Counted from the stretch's first letter, positions 10,423 through 19,896 are shown. The stretch is 64,000 nucleotides of DNA from an uncultured Bacilli bacterium (GCA_910587725.1 CAJUNG010000001.1:1698-65697), one strand, 5' to 3'. Translations and numbers: made by a program. Notes: generated by a model not told the origin, from the sequence alone.

Positions 10423-10845
10423 ATGAAAATAAATAACAATTGTGCGAGAAAAATCTTATTAGAAGTTGAAAAAATTCCTAATGGAGAAACTTTAACAGTG
10501 GCAAAATTACATGAAAAAATCTCAGAATTTACTATTGAAGATGTACTATTTATAGTAACTTTATTCAATAAAGAACATTATTTAACTGTACTTGATAAAG
10601 TTAGTTATGATGATAATGATGTTTTTAGAGATCACAAAATTAAATGTCTAACTGAAAAGGGTTATAAAACTTTAGATTTAATAAGAAATGGTGATATTTG
10701 GAATTTAATGATGGAAAAAATTAATAACTTTGATGAACTATCTATTTTTACAATTTTTAATATAGCAAATAAAATAATTAATGTTAGACATAATGAATTA
10801 TTTGATTTGCCTAAAGATTTATTAATAGAAAATATAAGATGGTAA
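10423..10845 (+). CDS. hypothetical protein (AT-rich, own promoter)
   Basis: A 140-aa ORF with an AGGAGG RBS and an extended -10 (TGATATAAT) at 10389-10397. No motif recognised. Confidence 0.5.
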   Translation: MKINNNCARKILLEVEKIPNGETLTVAKLHEKISEFTIEDVLFIVTLFNKEHYLTVLDKVSYDDNDVFRDHKIKCLTEKGYKTLDLIRNGDIWNLMMEKINNFDELSIFTIFNIANKIINVRHNELFDLPKDLLIENIRW

Positions 10846-10856
10846 AATTCACACGT

Positions 10857-10924
10857 TCATTGATGTTGTCAATGTACAAGTGTGTTTACTAAATTGACAA
10901 CATTTAGTATTTATGGACTACGAT
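10857..10924 (-). repeat. copy A of a ~66-bp repeated element (internal palindrome TTGTCAAT-N21-ATTGACAA)
   Basis: The reverse complement matches 19203-19268 at about 90% identity, with 48/52 in the core plus matching flanks TCGTAGTY and YATCAAT. Confidence 0.7.
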
Positions 10925-10955
10925 TTTAAAAATAATCGTGGTCCTTTTCTTTTTT
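10916..10955 (+). terminator. putative terminator of the 140-aa ORF
   Basis: Hairpin GGACTACGATT / AATCGTGGTCC (10/11) followed by a T-rich run. Confidence 0.45.
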
Positions 10956-11176
10956 GTCTAATTTATTGTAACCAATCCATCCTTGTTTAATAATAGGCTT
11001 AACACAAGCAAATCTACATATCATTAAGAGTCTTTTTAAAATTTCCTTATCAAACTCTAATTCCTATACTTCCTTCATAACTCATCACTTCCATTCTCAA
11101 ATAACAAAAAAACTAGACGGTACTTCTAGTTAATATTTATTACTCTCGAATAAAAAGTTCGAGTTTCCTATCTATA

Positions 11177-11262
11177 TGGTGCCCGAGGTCGGACTTGAAC
11201 CGACACGGTATTGCTACCAATGGATTTTGAGTCCATCGCGTCTACCATTCCACCACTCGGGC
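11177..11262 (-). tRNA. tRNA-Leu (anticodon CAA), type II with long variable arm
   Basis: The minus-strand read is GCCCGAGTGGTGGAATGGTAGACGCGATGGACTCAAAATCCATT...GGTTCAAGTCCGACCTCGGGCACCA. The anticodon loop is CTCAAAA, giving CAA. It is 86 nt and carries an encoded CCA. Confidence 0.85.
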
Positions 11263-11365
11263 AAGTTACGTATATGATTATACCATAACTTTTTTTGAAT
11301 GAAAACTACTTTTTCATTTTTTCAGCAAAATTTCTCAAAAAAAAATACGAATCTCGTTCGCATTT

Positions 11366-12481
11366 TTAATTCGTTGCCGATTTTCCTAAGGTCAATGTCG
11401 CATTAAATGTTTTATTTCCCCTAATACAAGTGACTTCTACACTATCACCTACTTGATATTGATATAATTCATATTTTAAGTAAGCCACATTATCTACTGA
11501 TTTATCTCCAATTTTCAAGATGACATCACCTTTTTGTAGGCCGGCTTTAGCTGCTGGACTATCTTTTTCCGTTCCTAATATTACTACTCCTGACTCAATT
11601 GAAGAATCAAGTTGAATTCCTTGTCTTAATAATTGATAAGTCTCTGTTGCATTTAACATCGTAACACCAATATAAGGTCTTTCAATTTTTTTCCCATTTT
11701 CTAATTCTTCAACATACTTCATTGCATATTCAATAGGAATCGCAAATCCCATACCCTCAATTTTATCTTCTACTAATTTTAAAGAATTGATTCCAATCAC
11801 TTCTCCATTTGCATTTAATAGAGGTCCTCCGCTATTTCCGGGATTAATTGCTGCATCAATTTGTAATACCTTCATAATCCAATCTTCTGTAGAAGTTACA
11901 CTTACGGATACCATACGATTCTTTCCAGAAAGACTTCCTCTCGTTACTGAACCACGATATTCATATCCCACTGGAGTTCCTACAGTAAATACGGTATCTC
12001 CAACATTTGAATTTTCACTCGTTCCAATCGTTGCTACCTGTGTTACTACACTAGCATCAATCTCTACTACTGCAAGGTCTAAATACTGGTCACTACCGAG
12101 AACACGACCTTCTACTTGATTATCATTAGACATCGTAATCATCAATTTATCATTACCATCAACTACATGGTGATTCGTCATAATATAAGCTTTGTCTCCT
12201 TCTTTTTTATAGACAAAACCACTTCCTGATGAAGCTACTTTACTTCCTTTATAATTCTGAATGGTCACCGTTGCATCATAAATTTTTCCAACCGAAGTCG
12301 CAATCCCTGTTTCATCAAGTTTGATATCATTTGCACATTTGACTACCCCCGTTGTTTCCGTTTTCGTATTCGTCACTATTTGATTAGGCATCTTTCCATC
12401 TAAAATCACATAGTAATTAAACATTCCCCCTAATACAAATACCGCAAATAATCCTAATAAATTTACAAATTTTTCTCTCAT
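11366..12481 (-). CDS. htrA: HtrA/DegP-family trypsin-like serine protease with C-terminal PDZ domain
   Basis: N-terminal TM anchor. Catalytic motifs MTNHHVV (His), D, and GNSGGPLLN (Ser), followed by a PDZ-like C-terminus. Confidence 0.9.
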   Translation of the reverse strand: MREKFVNLLGLFAVFVLGGMFNYYVILDGKMPNQIVTNTKTETTGVVKCANDIKLDETGIATSVGKIYDATVTIQNYKGSKVASSGSGFVYKKEGDKAYIMTNHHVVDGNDKLMITMSNDNQVEGRVLGSDQYLDLAVVEIDASVVTQVATIGTSENSNVGDTVFTVGTPVGYEYRGSVTRGSLSGKNRMVSVSVTSTEDWIMKVLQIDAAINPGNSGGPLLNANGEVIGINSLKLVEDKIEGMGFAIPIEYAMKYVEELENGKKIERPYIGVTMLNATETYQLLRQGIQLDSSIESGVVILGTEKDSPAAKAGLQKGDVILKIGDKSVDNVAYLKYELYQYQVGDSVEVTCIRGNKTFNATLTLGKSATN

Positions 12482-13461
12482 TCTTCCACCTTCTTATTAA
12501 TATTTTTTATCATCATATACTCCTTTGGAAATCCCATTCGATTTAATATTTTCTCTAAGGGAATCGTGTGTAGATTATACTCTAAGTTGTGAATTGCATC
12601 ATCAATTTCAATCATCATATTATTTAAACTTTCATTATCTAACAGTTCCTTTAATACAATAATTAGTGCAAAAATATCATTCGTTCCTTTTTTGTATTCT
12701 CCATCTTCTTTGTCAATTTTTAGTAAGGCATGATAAATCGTTCCCTCGATTTTCTTCTGGGTTCTATTTTCATAGACAATTTCTTCATGCGCACAAAGAT
12801 TTCTGTAGTTCGCAAGTAACGGAAGCGAGGTTTCTAAAAAATTGGACTCTACTTCGAAAATTTCAGCAATCTCCTCTTTGTCTTTCCTTTTTAATATGGT
12901 ATATAATTCTCCAACAATACCAAAAGATAACACTTTTACCATAATCCATAAAGGAATATATCCATAATTATTCATATAGTGGTATGTTGCTGTATGTTGG
13001 TTGGCATTCACTCTTACCTGTCGCTTCATCTTTTTTAAGATATCGTTAACTTGTCTAGACTTTAATGGGTCTGTTGTAAAGTTTGTCGGTTTTAAGTAAT
13101 CGACTTCTTTATATCCATACATTTTCGATAATTGATAAGAAATTATCGATTTCAAATTGTTCTCTACAATTAACAAGTTTTTAAACAAAATCGTTCTTAG
13201 TGTACGGTCAAACAAGAATAAACTATACATTTCTTCAAAGGTTGTACCTGGTAAATATTTTCCTGTTTGAGTATCTATAAACGGATGTCGATATCCACTT
13301 AGAAAGAAATAATTCTCTCTTAATAGAACTTTATTGGCATATTCTTCATCTTCTATTTGAACGCCTTTAAATTTTAGGATTTCTATTTGCTCATGTATTG
13401 TTTTAAATATCTTTTGCATTTTATCACTTTCCTCATCTACACTAAAAATTATAACATACAA
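12478..13461 (-). CDS. Abi_2 (AbiD/AbiD1/AbiF-like) abortive infection protein
   Basis: The N-terminus KIFKTIHEQIEILKFKGVQIEDEEYANKVLLRENYFFLSGYRHPF matches the characteristic Abi_2 N-terminal consensus. Its stop overlaps the htrA start by 4 nt. Confidence 0.7.
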   Translation of the reverse strand: MYVIIFSVDEESDKMQKIFKTIHEQIEILKFKGVQIEDEEYANKVLLRENYFFLSGYRHPFIDTQTGKYLPGTTFEEMYSLFLFDRTLRTILFKNLLIVENNLKSIISYQLSKMYGYKEVDYLKPTNFTTDPLKSRQVNDILKKMKRQVRVNANQHTATYHYMNNYGYIPLWIMVKVLSFGIVGELYTILKRKDKEEIAEIFEVESNFLETSLPLLANYRNLCAHEEIVYENRTQKKIEGTIYHALLKIDKEDGEYKKGTNDIFALIIVLKELLDNESLNNMMIEIDDAIHNLEYNLHTIPLEKILNRMGFPKEYMMIKNINKKVEE

Positions 13462-13749
13462 TTATAAAAAAGATATGAAAAAATTGTGGGAAATTGTGGA
13501 ATGTGTCACAAATCGATTTTCTTAGACTTTCTTTTTCTTTCAATTGTTCTCTTTTCGTTATATTTCGATATATATCGTTCGTATTTCAATCTCTATTTAA
13601 AAGCACAAAGAGAGAAGACTTTACATCTGATGCGTGGGGCGCTTGGGGAAATTTTTAATTCATCAAATTTGTTGAAACTCTCCTTATACTCTTGTTTTTA
13701 CCATGCACAAGATGGATGCTTTTTTGCTTTTTATAAGTTTGCAAAATAA

Positions 13750-13776
13750 TTAGCACTAATTATTGACAAGTGCTAA
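13750..13776 (+). promoter_or_regulatory. CIRCE-like HrcA operator overlapping the htpG promoter
   Basis: TTAGCACTA-N9-AAGTGCTAA, which is 8/9 plus 8/9 to the consensus TTAGCACTC-N9-GAGTGCTAA. It is embedded in TTGACA(13764)-N17-TATGAT. Confidence 0.6.
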
Positions 13777-13820
13777 AACCAGTGCTATGATAAGTACATC
13801 AATTTAAAGGAGATGAGAAA

Positions 13821-15701
13821 ATGGCAAAAAAACAATTTAAAGCCGAATCAAAAAAACTAATGGATTTAATGATTAATTCCATTTATACAAACAAAGAAAT
13901 TTTCTTACGAGAACTAATTTCTAATGCATCTGATGCAATTGATAAATTACACTATCGCTCTTTAACCGACAGTACAATCGAAGTCGATAAAAGCCAATTT
14001 AAAATCACTATCTCGGTTGATAAAGAGGCAAGAACCCTTACGATTTCTGATAATGGTTGCGGTATGAGTCAAGCGGAATTAGAAGAAAACCTAGGAACAA
14101 TTGCGAAGAGTGGGTCTTTTGACTTTAAAAACGAAAATGAACACAAGAAGGATATAGACATTATTGGACAATTTGGGGTAGGATTCTATTCCTCTTTTAT
14201 GGTTGCTCAAAAGGTACAAGTCATTTCTAGAAAGTTTAATGAAGAAAACGCATCTCTTTGGGAAAGCGAAGGGGTTAATGGATATACCTTAGAAAGTACT
14301 GATAAAGAGACTTATGGAACCGATATCATTCTAACCCTAAAAGAAGATACAGAAGAGGAAAACTATGCTAAATATTTAGAAGAATATACCATTCGTGAAC
14401 TAGTCAAGAAATATTCCGATTACATTACTTATCCGATTCAAATGGAAGTAGAAAAGAAAACATTAAAAGAAGGAACAAAAGACGAATATGAAATCGAAAA
14501 GAAAATGGAAACTTTCAATAGTTTAGTTCCACTTTGGAAAAAAGAGAAAAAGAAAATTAAGGATGAAGAGTATCAAACATTCTATAGCGATAAGTTCTTT
14601 GATTACGAAAAGCCATTAAAATGGATGCATGTGGATACTGAAGGAACAATTTCTTATTCTTCTATTCTGTTTATCCCATCTCATGCCCCTTTTGATTATT
14701 ACACTAAGGAATTTGAAAAAGGACTTCAACTTTATTCTAATGGTGTCCTAATTATGGAAAAATGTAGTGATTTATTACCAGACTACTTTAGCTTTGTCAA
14801 AGGTGTCGTCGATAGCTCTGACCTGTCTTTAAATATTTCTAGAGAGACCTTACAACAAGAAAGAAAATTACAAGTGATTGCAAAAAACATCGAATCAAAA
14901 ATTCATAAAGAATTATTAACTATGCAAAAAGAGGCGAGAGAAGATTATATCAAATTCTTCCAAGCATTCGGAAACAATATCAAATTTGGAATTTATAATA
15001 GCTACGGAATGAATAATGAGAAATTACAAGATTTATTGATGTTTGCTTCCTCTCATGATGAAAAATTAACAACACTTGAAGAATACATTTCTAGATTACA
15101 AGACGGACAAGAAAAAATTTACTATGCTTGTGGTGAATCGATTAGTAAAGTTTCTATGCTTCCTCAAGTAGAAGCAGTTAAAGAAAAGGGATATGAAATC
15201 TTATATCTTACAGATTATGTCGATGAATTTACTATTTCTATGTTACATACTTATAAAGATAAACACTTTGTGAATGTTTGTAGCGAAGAAGCAGATTTAG
15301 CTAGTGAAGAAGAAAAAGCAGAATTAAATAAGAAAAATGAAGATTGCAAAGAATTATTCACTTTAATGAAAGAGGCAATTGGTGAAGTAACCGAAGTTCG
15401 ATTTACCAACAAATTAAAAAATCATCCGGTTTGCTTAAGTAGTACTGGTGGCGTATCTGTCGAAATGGAAAAGGTCATCAATGCGATGCCAACAGAAGAA
15501 AAAGTGAAAGCCTCTACAATTTTAGAAATCAACGAAAATCATGAAATTGCGAAAAAAATAGAAACTCTCGCGAAAGAAAATCCGGAGGAATTAAAAAACT
15601 ATAGCAAAATCTTATATGCCCAAGCAAGATTGATTGAAGGACTTCCTATCGAAAATCCAACAGAAATCAGTAATCTAATTTTATCTAGTTTGGCAAAATA
15701 A
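13821..15701 (+). CDS. htpG: molecular chaperone HtpG (Hsp90)
   Basis: The N-terminus KAESKKLMDLMINSIYTNKEIFLRELISNASDAIDKL is the Bergerat ATP-binding fold. Length is 626 aa. Confidence 0.95.
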   Translation: MAKKQFKAESKKLMDLMINSIYTNKEIFLRELISNASDAIDKLHYRSLTDSTIEVDKSQFKITISVDKEARTLTISDNGCGMSQAELEENLGTIAKSGSFDFKNENEHKKDIDIIGQFGVGFYSSFMVAQKVQVISRKFNEENASLWESEGVNGYTLESTDKETYGTDIILTLKEDTEEENYAKYLEEYTIRELVKKYSDYITYPIQMEVEKKTLKEGTKDEYEIEKKMETFNSLVPLWKKEKKKIKDEEYQTFYSDKFFDYEKPLKWMHVDTEGTISYSSILFIPSHAPFDYYTKEFEKGLQLYSNGVLIMEKCSDLLPDYFSFVKGVVDSSDLSLNISRETLQQERKLQVIAKNIESKIHKELLTMQKEAREDYIKFFQAFGNNIKFGIYNSYGMNNEKLQDLLMFASSHDEKLTTLEEYISRLQDGQEKIYYACGESISKVSMLPQVEAVKEKGYEILYLTDYVDEFTISMLHTYKDKHFVNVCSEEADLASEEEKAELNKKNEDCKELFTLMKEAIGEVTEVRFTNKLKNHPVCLSSTGGVSVEMEKVINAMPTEEKVKASTILEINENHEIAKKIETLAKENPEELKNYSKILYAQARLIEGLPIENPTEISNLILSSLAK

Positions 15702-15718
15702 AACATCGTTAGACAAAT

Positions 15719-15767
15719 AAAACTACTAGAAAAAAATAGAAATTCTAGTAGTTTTTTGTTATGATAA
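15719..15767 (+). terminator. rho-independent terminator of htpG
   Basis: Perfect 12-bp stem AAACTACTAGAA / TTCTAGTAGTTT followed by TTTTTG. Confidence 0.7.
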
Positions 15768-15832
15768 GAAAAGAAAAAGAATTTTACTAAACATTATTGA
15801 GAGAAATATAAAAAAGTTAGGAAGGAGAATCT

Positions 15833-16054
15833 ATGAAAACTGTACTCATTTATCTAATTCGTCTTTATCAGAAGATTCCCGGTTTCTGGCACAATTTTTG
15901 CCGATTTACTCCGACCTGTTCTGAATATGCGTTAGTTGCCATCGAAAGATTTGGTGCGTTTCGTGGAAGTATATTAACTATTAAACGAATTTGTAGGTGC
16001 AATCCTTGGGGAGGATACGGATATGACCCTGTACCAGATAAAATCAAGAGATAA
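15833..16054 (+). CDS. yidD: membrane protein insertion efficiency factor YidD
   Basis: RLYQKIPGFWHNFCRFTPTCSEYALVAIERFGAFRGSILTIKRICRCNPWGGYGYDPVP is a near-canonical YidD sequence. Confidence 0.85.
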   Translation: MKTVLIYLIRLYQKIPGFWHNFCRFTPTCSEYALVAIERFGAFRGSILTIKRICRCNPWGGYGYDPVPDKIKR

Positions 16055-16134
16055 AACTTACAGATTTTCTAAGGCATTTTTCCATTTCCATTCTTTTCAA
16101 TTCTTGTTATAATGTTAACTAAAGGAGGATTCCT

Positions 16135-17106
16135 ATGGCAAGTAGTGTTACCCATGCTTATTTTATTTTAGATGTTTATGAAAAACTAGATATTGAAACT
16201 AAACGTTTTTTAGTCGATGAAAAAGATACGATGCGAGTCGCTTCTCAAGGAATGGACCCTTTATTCTTTTATAAGATATGGTATCCCAAAAAGGGAGCAC
16301 GCATTCGAGAATTTGGTGAATTTTTTCATGACCATCATACATTTTTATACTTTGAAAGAATGATTCATTATATTAAATATAATGGCTATGCCCATAACGC
16401 CGAAGTCATGGCTTTTCTTTATGGCGCCTTAAGTCATTATATTTTAGATGCAAATATTCATCCTTTTGTCATCTATCAAACTGGAGTATTTCAAAAGGAA
16501 GACGAAAAAACTTATCGTTATAATATGAAACATGGTGAGTTAGAGTCTATCCTCGATTGCTATCTCATCAGTTTAAGAGAAAGAAAAAAGCCTTGGAAAT
16601 TTTCATCAGCTACCTTCTGTATTCCTAAAACATCGTTTGAAAGTACGTTGAACGAGGTCATTGACTTTACATTCAAAGAAACATTTGACATCAATCATAT
16701 GACAAAATTTTACACTAGAGCACTTGCCGATATGCGTATATTTTATCAAGTTTTTCGACAAGATAAATTTGGATGCAAAAAAAGATTTTATCAAATTGTA
16801 GATAAAATATCACCTCCTGATTTCAGAAGAAAAACTCCGCTTTCTTATCATTATAAGCTAGATACATCTTTATTCAATTTAGCACATAAAACTTGGTATC
16901 ATCCAACAAGTAGAAAAATAAAGGCCAAAACATCGCTTTTAGATATTTACACTTCTAGTCTTTCTGAATGTGTTGCATTAATTAAAAATTTACAAAAATA
17001 TATTTACAATGATGAAGGAAATTTAGAAGAAATTTTAAAAAATGTTTCCTATCTGACAGGAAGAGACACGGAAGAACATTATCCGCTCAAATACTTTTCC
17101 TTTTAA
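16135..17106 (+). CDS. zinc-dependent phospholipase C family-like protein (tentative)
   Basis: N-terminal THAYFxxDV and the internal segment GALSHYILDANIHPF resemble the HYFGDxxxPxHP Zn-ligand region of PLC/alpha-toxin N-domains. The similarity is recalled from memory and not searched. Confidence 0.45.
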   Translation: MASSVTHAYFILDVYEKLDIETKRFLVDEKDTMRVASQGMDPLFFYKIWYPKKGARIREFGEFFHDHHTFLYFERMIHYIKYNGYAHNAEVMAFLYGALSHYILDANIHPFVIYQTGVFQKEDEKTYRYNMKHGELESILDCYLISLRERKKPWKFSSATFCIPKTSFESTLNEVIDFTFKETFDINHMTKFYTRALADMRIFYQVFRQDKFGCKKRFYQIVDKISPPDFRRKTPLSYHYKLDTSLFNLAHKTWYHPTSRKIKAKTSLLDIYTSSLSECVALIKNLQKYIYNDEGNLEEILKNVSYLTGRDTEEHYPLKYFSF

Positions 17107-17158
17107 ATTCTACGTATAATCTCTTTTCTTTAGCTCATTCTATTACTAGGTGATAACT

Positions 17159-18277
17159 ATGTTTTATAAGCATTTAGTAACAACGACAAATGGGCGTAGT
17201 ACGATTTATTTATATTTTAGTGCAAATTATGAAATTTCTGAAGATATGTATATTGTAAAAGATAATCAAGATGTTTTATCTTCGGCAAAAAATTATTTAG
17301 AAAACTTAGAAATTCCTTACAAAGGACGAGATATTTACTTAGTGGTTGAAGATGTCATTGTCGGGAGACTTCAATTAAAAGATTTTTTTAAAAAGCCCAA
17401 ATATATTGAATATATCCGTTATGGGAAGAAAACTCGAGTAGACTTTTTTGACCCAGATACCAATCCAGGTCTAAAATTAATTGATGTAAGACGCAGTAGT
17501 GGAATTTTAGAGGAAATGAAAATCGGAGAATATCTATTTGGTGTCGTTGCCAGAGAAATGCCATTTATCGACCACCCAGAATGTTTAAAAGCCCAAGCCG
17601 TTTTAGCAAGGACTTACCTTCTAAAGGTATTGAAAGAAAAGAAAAAATTACAAGAGTTAAATCAATTCCAACTTTATTTCGATAAAAACTATTTAAAATT
17701 ATTATGGAAAGATAAATTTAAGGAGTATCGGTCCCAAGTAATCGATGCTATTTTAGAAACAAGTAGAGAAGCATTAACCTTTAATCATGAATATATCGAG
17801 TGTTATAGTCACTATCAAAATTTAGGGCGTACAGAAGAGTCCCAAAATATTTTAAAACTTGCTTATCCTTATTTGACTTCTGTTCCTAGTATGGAAAATG
17901 ATACCTCCACTTTTGTAAGATATCGTAAAGTGAGTAATTTATATTTATCAAAATTATTGGATACAAAAATCTATGAAGGAATGCCTGTTAAGATTTTAAA
18001 GAGTTCTAGTGCTTACAATGTTCTTTATATTCAATTTGAAAACAAGGTTTTTGATGGCTTGCTACTCGCTCGTTCTTTAGGTCTTTCTTCGAATTGCTAT
18101 ACCGTTGAAGTAAATAAAGATTATACTACTTTTCTAACCAAAGGTTGTGGCCATGGTCTTGGACTTAGCAAATGTGGAGCAAAAGCAATGGAAGATTCGG
18201 GATATACTTATCAACAAATCTTGATGCATTATTACCCTAATACAAAATTAATCAAAGCTAGTGAAAGTATTCTATAA
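17159..18277 (+). CDS. SpoIID/LytB domain protein (amidase enhancer)
   Basis: YLFGVVAREMPFIDHPECLKAQAVLARTY and C-terminal GCGHGLGLSKCGAKAMEDSGYTYQQIL. ATG at 17159 with an AGGTGA RBS; the listed 17150 GTG lies within that RBS. Confidence 0.8.
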   Translation: MFYKHLVTTTNGRSTIYLYFSANYEISEDMYIVKDNQDVLSSAKNYLENLEIPYKGRDIYLVVEDVIVGRLQLKDFFKKPKYIEYIRYGKKTRVDFFDPDTNPGLKLIDVRRSSGILEEMKIGEYLFGVVAREMPFIDHPECLKAQAVLARTYLLKVLKEKKKLQELNQFQLYFDKNYLKLLWKDKFKEYRSQVIDAILETSREALTFNHEYIECYSHYQNLGRTEESQNILKLAYPYLTSVPSMENDTSTFVRYRKVSNLYLSKLLDTKIYEGMPVKILKSSSAYNVLYIQFENKVFDGLLLARSLGLSSNCYTVEVNKDYTTFLTKGCGHGLGLSKCGAKAMEDSGYTYQQILMHYYPNTKLIKASESIL

Positions 18278-18929
18278 CAGACTTGGTAATCGAGTCTGCT
18301 ATTTTTTTTTGATACTTTTCTGTTTGCATTAAGTATCTCTCATCTGGATTAGTAATAAAACCACATTCGATTAACACTCCTGGTACGGTTGTATTCTTAT
18401 ACATATAAAGGTCCGTCGTGAGTAATTTTCTCGTCGTTTTTAAATCGGTTTTAAAATTCTTCATCAAGATTTCTCCAAAGATTTTATTATTTTTATTAAT
18501 CTTATGATACAAAACTTCTGCTCCTCTATCATTTGAAGAATTCCCCGCATTAATATGTATGGAAAGATAGAGTTCGGCATTATATTTTTTGTACATTAAA
18601 AGTCTTCTATACAAATCGCCTCTTTTTTTTCTAGGGTCCCATTCACTTGATAGGTCTTCATCGCTATCTCTTGTCATATAAACTATAGCACCTTTTTCCA
18701 TAAGAGCATCTCTTAGGACATAGGAAATCTCTAATACAATATCCTTCTCCATTGTCTTCCCCACCATAGCCCCTGGATCACGACCTCCATGGCCAGGGTC
18801 AACAAAGATGACTCTTCCTAAAAGAGGGAGTTCTTCTATCGTTGCATTTACCTTGATAAAAAAGAATGCTCCAATAAAAAGAAGGAGAAGAATAACCGGG
18901 ATTATTTTTTTTGACACATGCATCACCAT
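18258..18929 (-). CDS. N-acetylmuramoyl-L-alanine amidase (Amidase_3, CwlD-like)
   Basis: N-terminal TM, then VIFVDPGHGGRDPGA, an E residue and LYLSIHINAG, which are the Amidase_3 zinc-site motifs. It is convergent with the SpoIID gene and overlaps it by 20 nt. Confidence 0.85.
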   Translation of the reverse strand: MVMHVSKKIIPVILLLLFIGAFFFIKVNATIEELPLLGRVIFVDPGHGGRDPGAMVGKTMEKDIVLEISYVLRDALMEKGAIVYMTRDSDEDLSSEWDPRKKRGDLYRRLLMYKKYNAELYLSIHINAGNSSNDRGAEVLYHKINKNNKIFGEILMKNFKTDLKTTRKLLTTDLYMYKNTTVPGVLIECGFITNPDERYLMQTEKYQKKIADSITKSVIEYFH

Positions 18930-19202
18930 AGTAAATTATATGTCAATGAAAAGTTTTTTTTCAAGTTCTTCTGGGGAAAGCTTTGACTTACTTCACTGAA
19001 ATAGTTTTTTAATCATGATATTGATTATTTCGAACTTTTTATTATTAGTAAATTTTTGGAGAAACAAAAAGGGAAGAGGACTCAAATTAAGGATTTTTAT
19101 GATAACCACTTATATAACGATTCTGATATTTCATTGATTATAAAAGATACATCTAAAGAAAAAGAAATGAATTTTAGAAGAAAAGGACTTGGGTTTTAAC
19201 TC

Positions 19203-19268
19203 GTAGTTCATAAATACTAAATGGTGTCAATTTAGTAAAAACACACTTGCAAATTGACAATATCAATT
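19203..19268 (+). repeat. copy B of the ~66-bp repeated element (see 10857-10924), overlapping the -35 of the downstream promoter
   Basis: TCGTAGTTCATAAATACTAAATGGTGTCAATTTAGTAAAAACACACTTGCAAATTGACAATATCAAT. Confidence 0.7.
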
Positions 19269-19287
19269 TACAGATTATAATGAGTAT
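19253..19287 (+). promoter_or_regulatory. consensus sigma-A-type promoter for the P-loop protein gene
   Basis: TTGACA, a 16-17-nt spacer, then TATAAT, located 8-10 nt upstream of the AGGTGG RBS. Confidence 0.5.
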
Positions 19288-19299
19288 TAGGTGGTTAGA

Positions 19300-19896
19300 A
19301 TGAAAGAATATAAGATTAATATGTTTAAAGATAAAGATGATTATGAAAAAGTTTTAACAGATGATAATGTTGTAAATATTATCGGTACAAAGGGTTCAGG
19401 AAAAACCACTGCTTCATTAAAATATATAAATGATAGTGATTATATAGTTATAAACTGTGATAGATTATTAGGGTTAATCGGGAGTAATGAAGAAGAAGAT
19501 AAAGAACTACCTATAATAAGGAGTATGTTGAAAAATAAATATGGAGTAATCAAAGAAGGAAAAAAATTTATCTATTGCTATAATGATATAGTTGATTATA
19601 TAAAAAAGAAAGATAAAAAAGCTTTAATTGAAGGTAATATAATTCAAGAAATAGAGCCTATCACGCAATTAAAAGGAAAAATTATTATTAAAAGAACTGG
19701 GATTATCAAAAGCTTTATTAGAGCAGTTAAAAGAGACTATTCTAATGAATATTTTATGAATATTGAAATAAAGAAATATGGTAAACTTGGAAAAATAACA
19801 AGACTTTTAAAAATAGCATATAGAAGAAAAAGTATATTTAAAACGAAAAGGGATATAGAAAGAAAAATAAAAGAATTGGCGTCTTTAAAAAATTAA
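19300..19896 (+). CDS. small P-loop NTPase/kinase-like protein (hypothetical)
   Basis: Walker A IIGTKGSGKTT near the N-terminus and a lysine-rich C-terminus; 22-25% GC. ATG at 19300 (track start 19291 is a GTG inside the RBS). Confidence 0.5.
   Translation: MKEYKINMFKDKDDYEKVLTDDNVVNIIGTKGSGKTTASLKYINDSDYIVINCDRLLGLIGSNEEEDKELPIIRSMLKNKYGVIKEGKKFIYCYNDIVDYIKKKDKKALIEGNIIQEIEPITQLKGKIIIKRTGIIKSFIRAVKRDYSNEYFMNIEIKKYGKLGKITRLLKIAYRRKSIFKTKRDIERKIKELASLKN

Noticed and set aside
13486-13749. 87-aa plus-strand ORF in the Abi/htpG intergenic region
   Set aside because: It has no RBS, overlaps the htpG promoter and CIRCE region, and its composition is low-complexity. It is likely non-coding.
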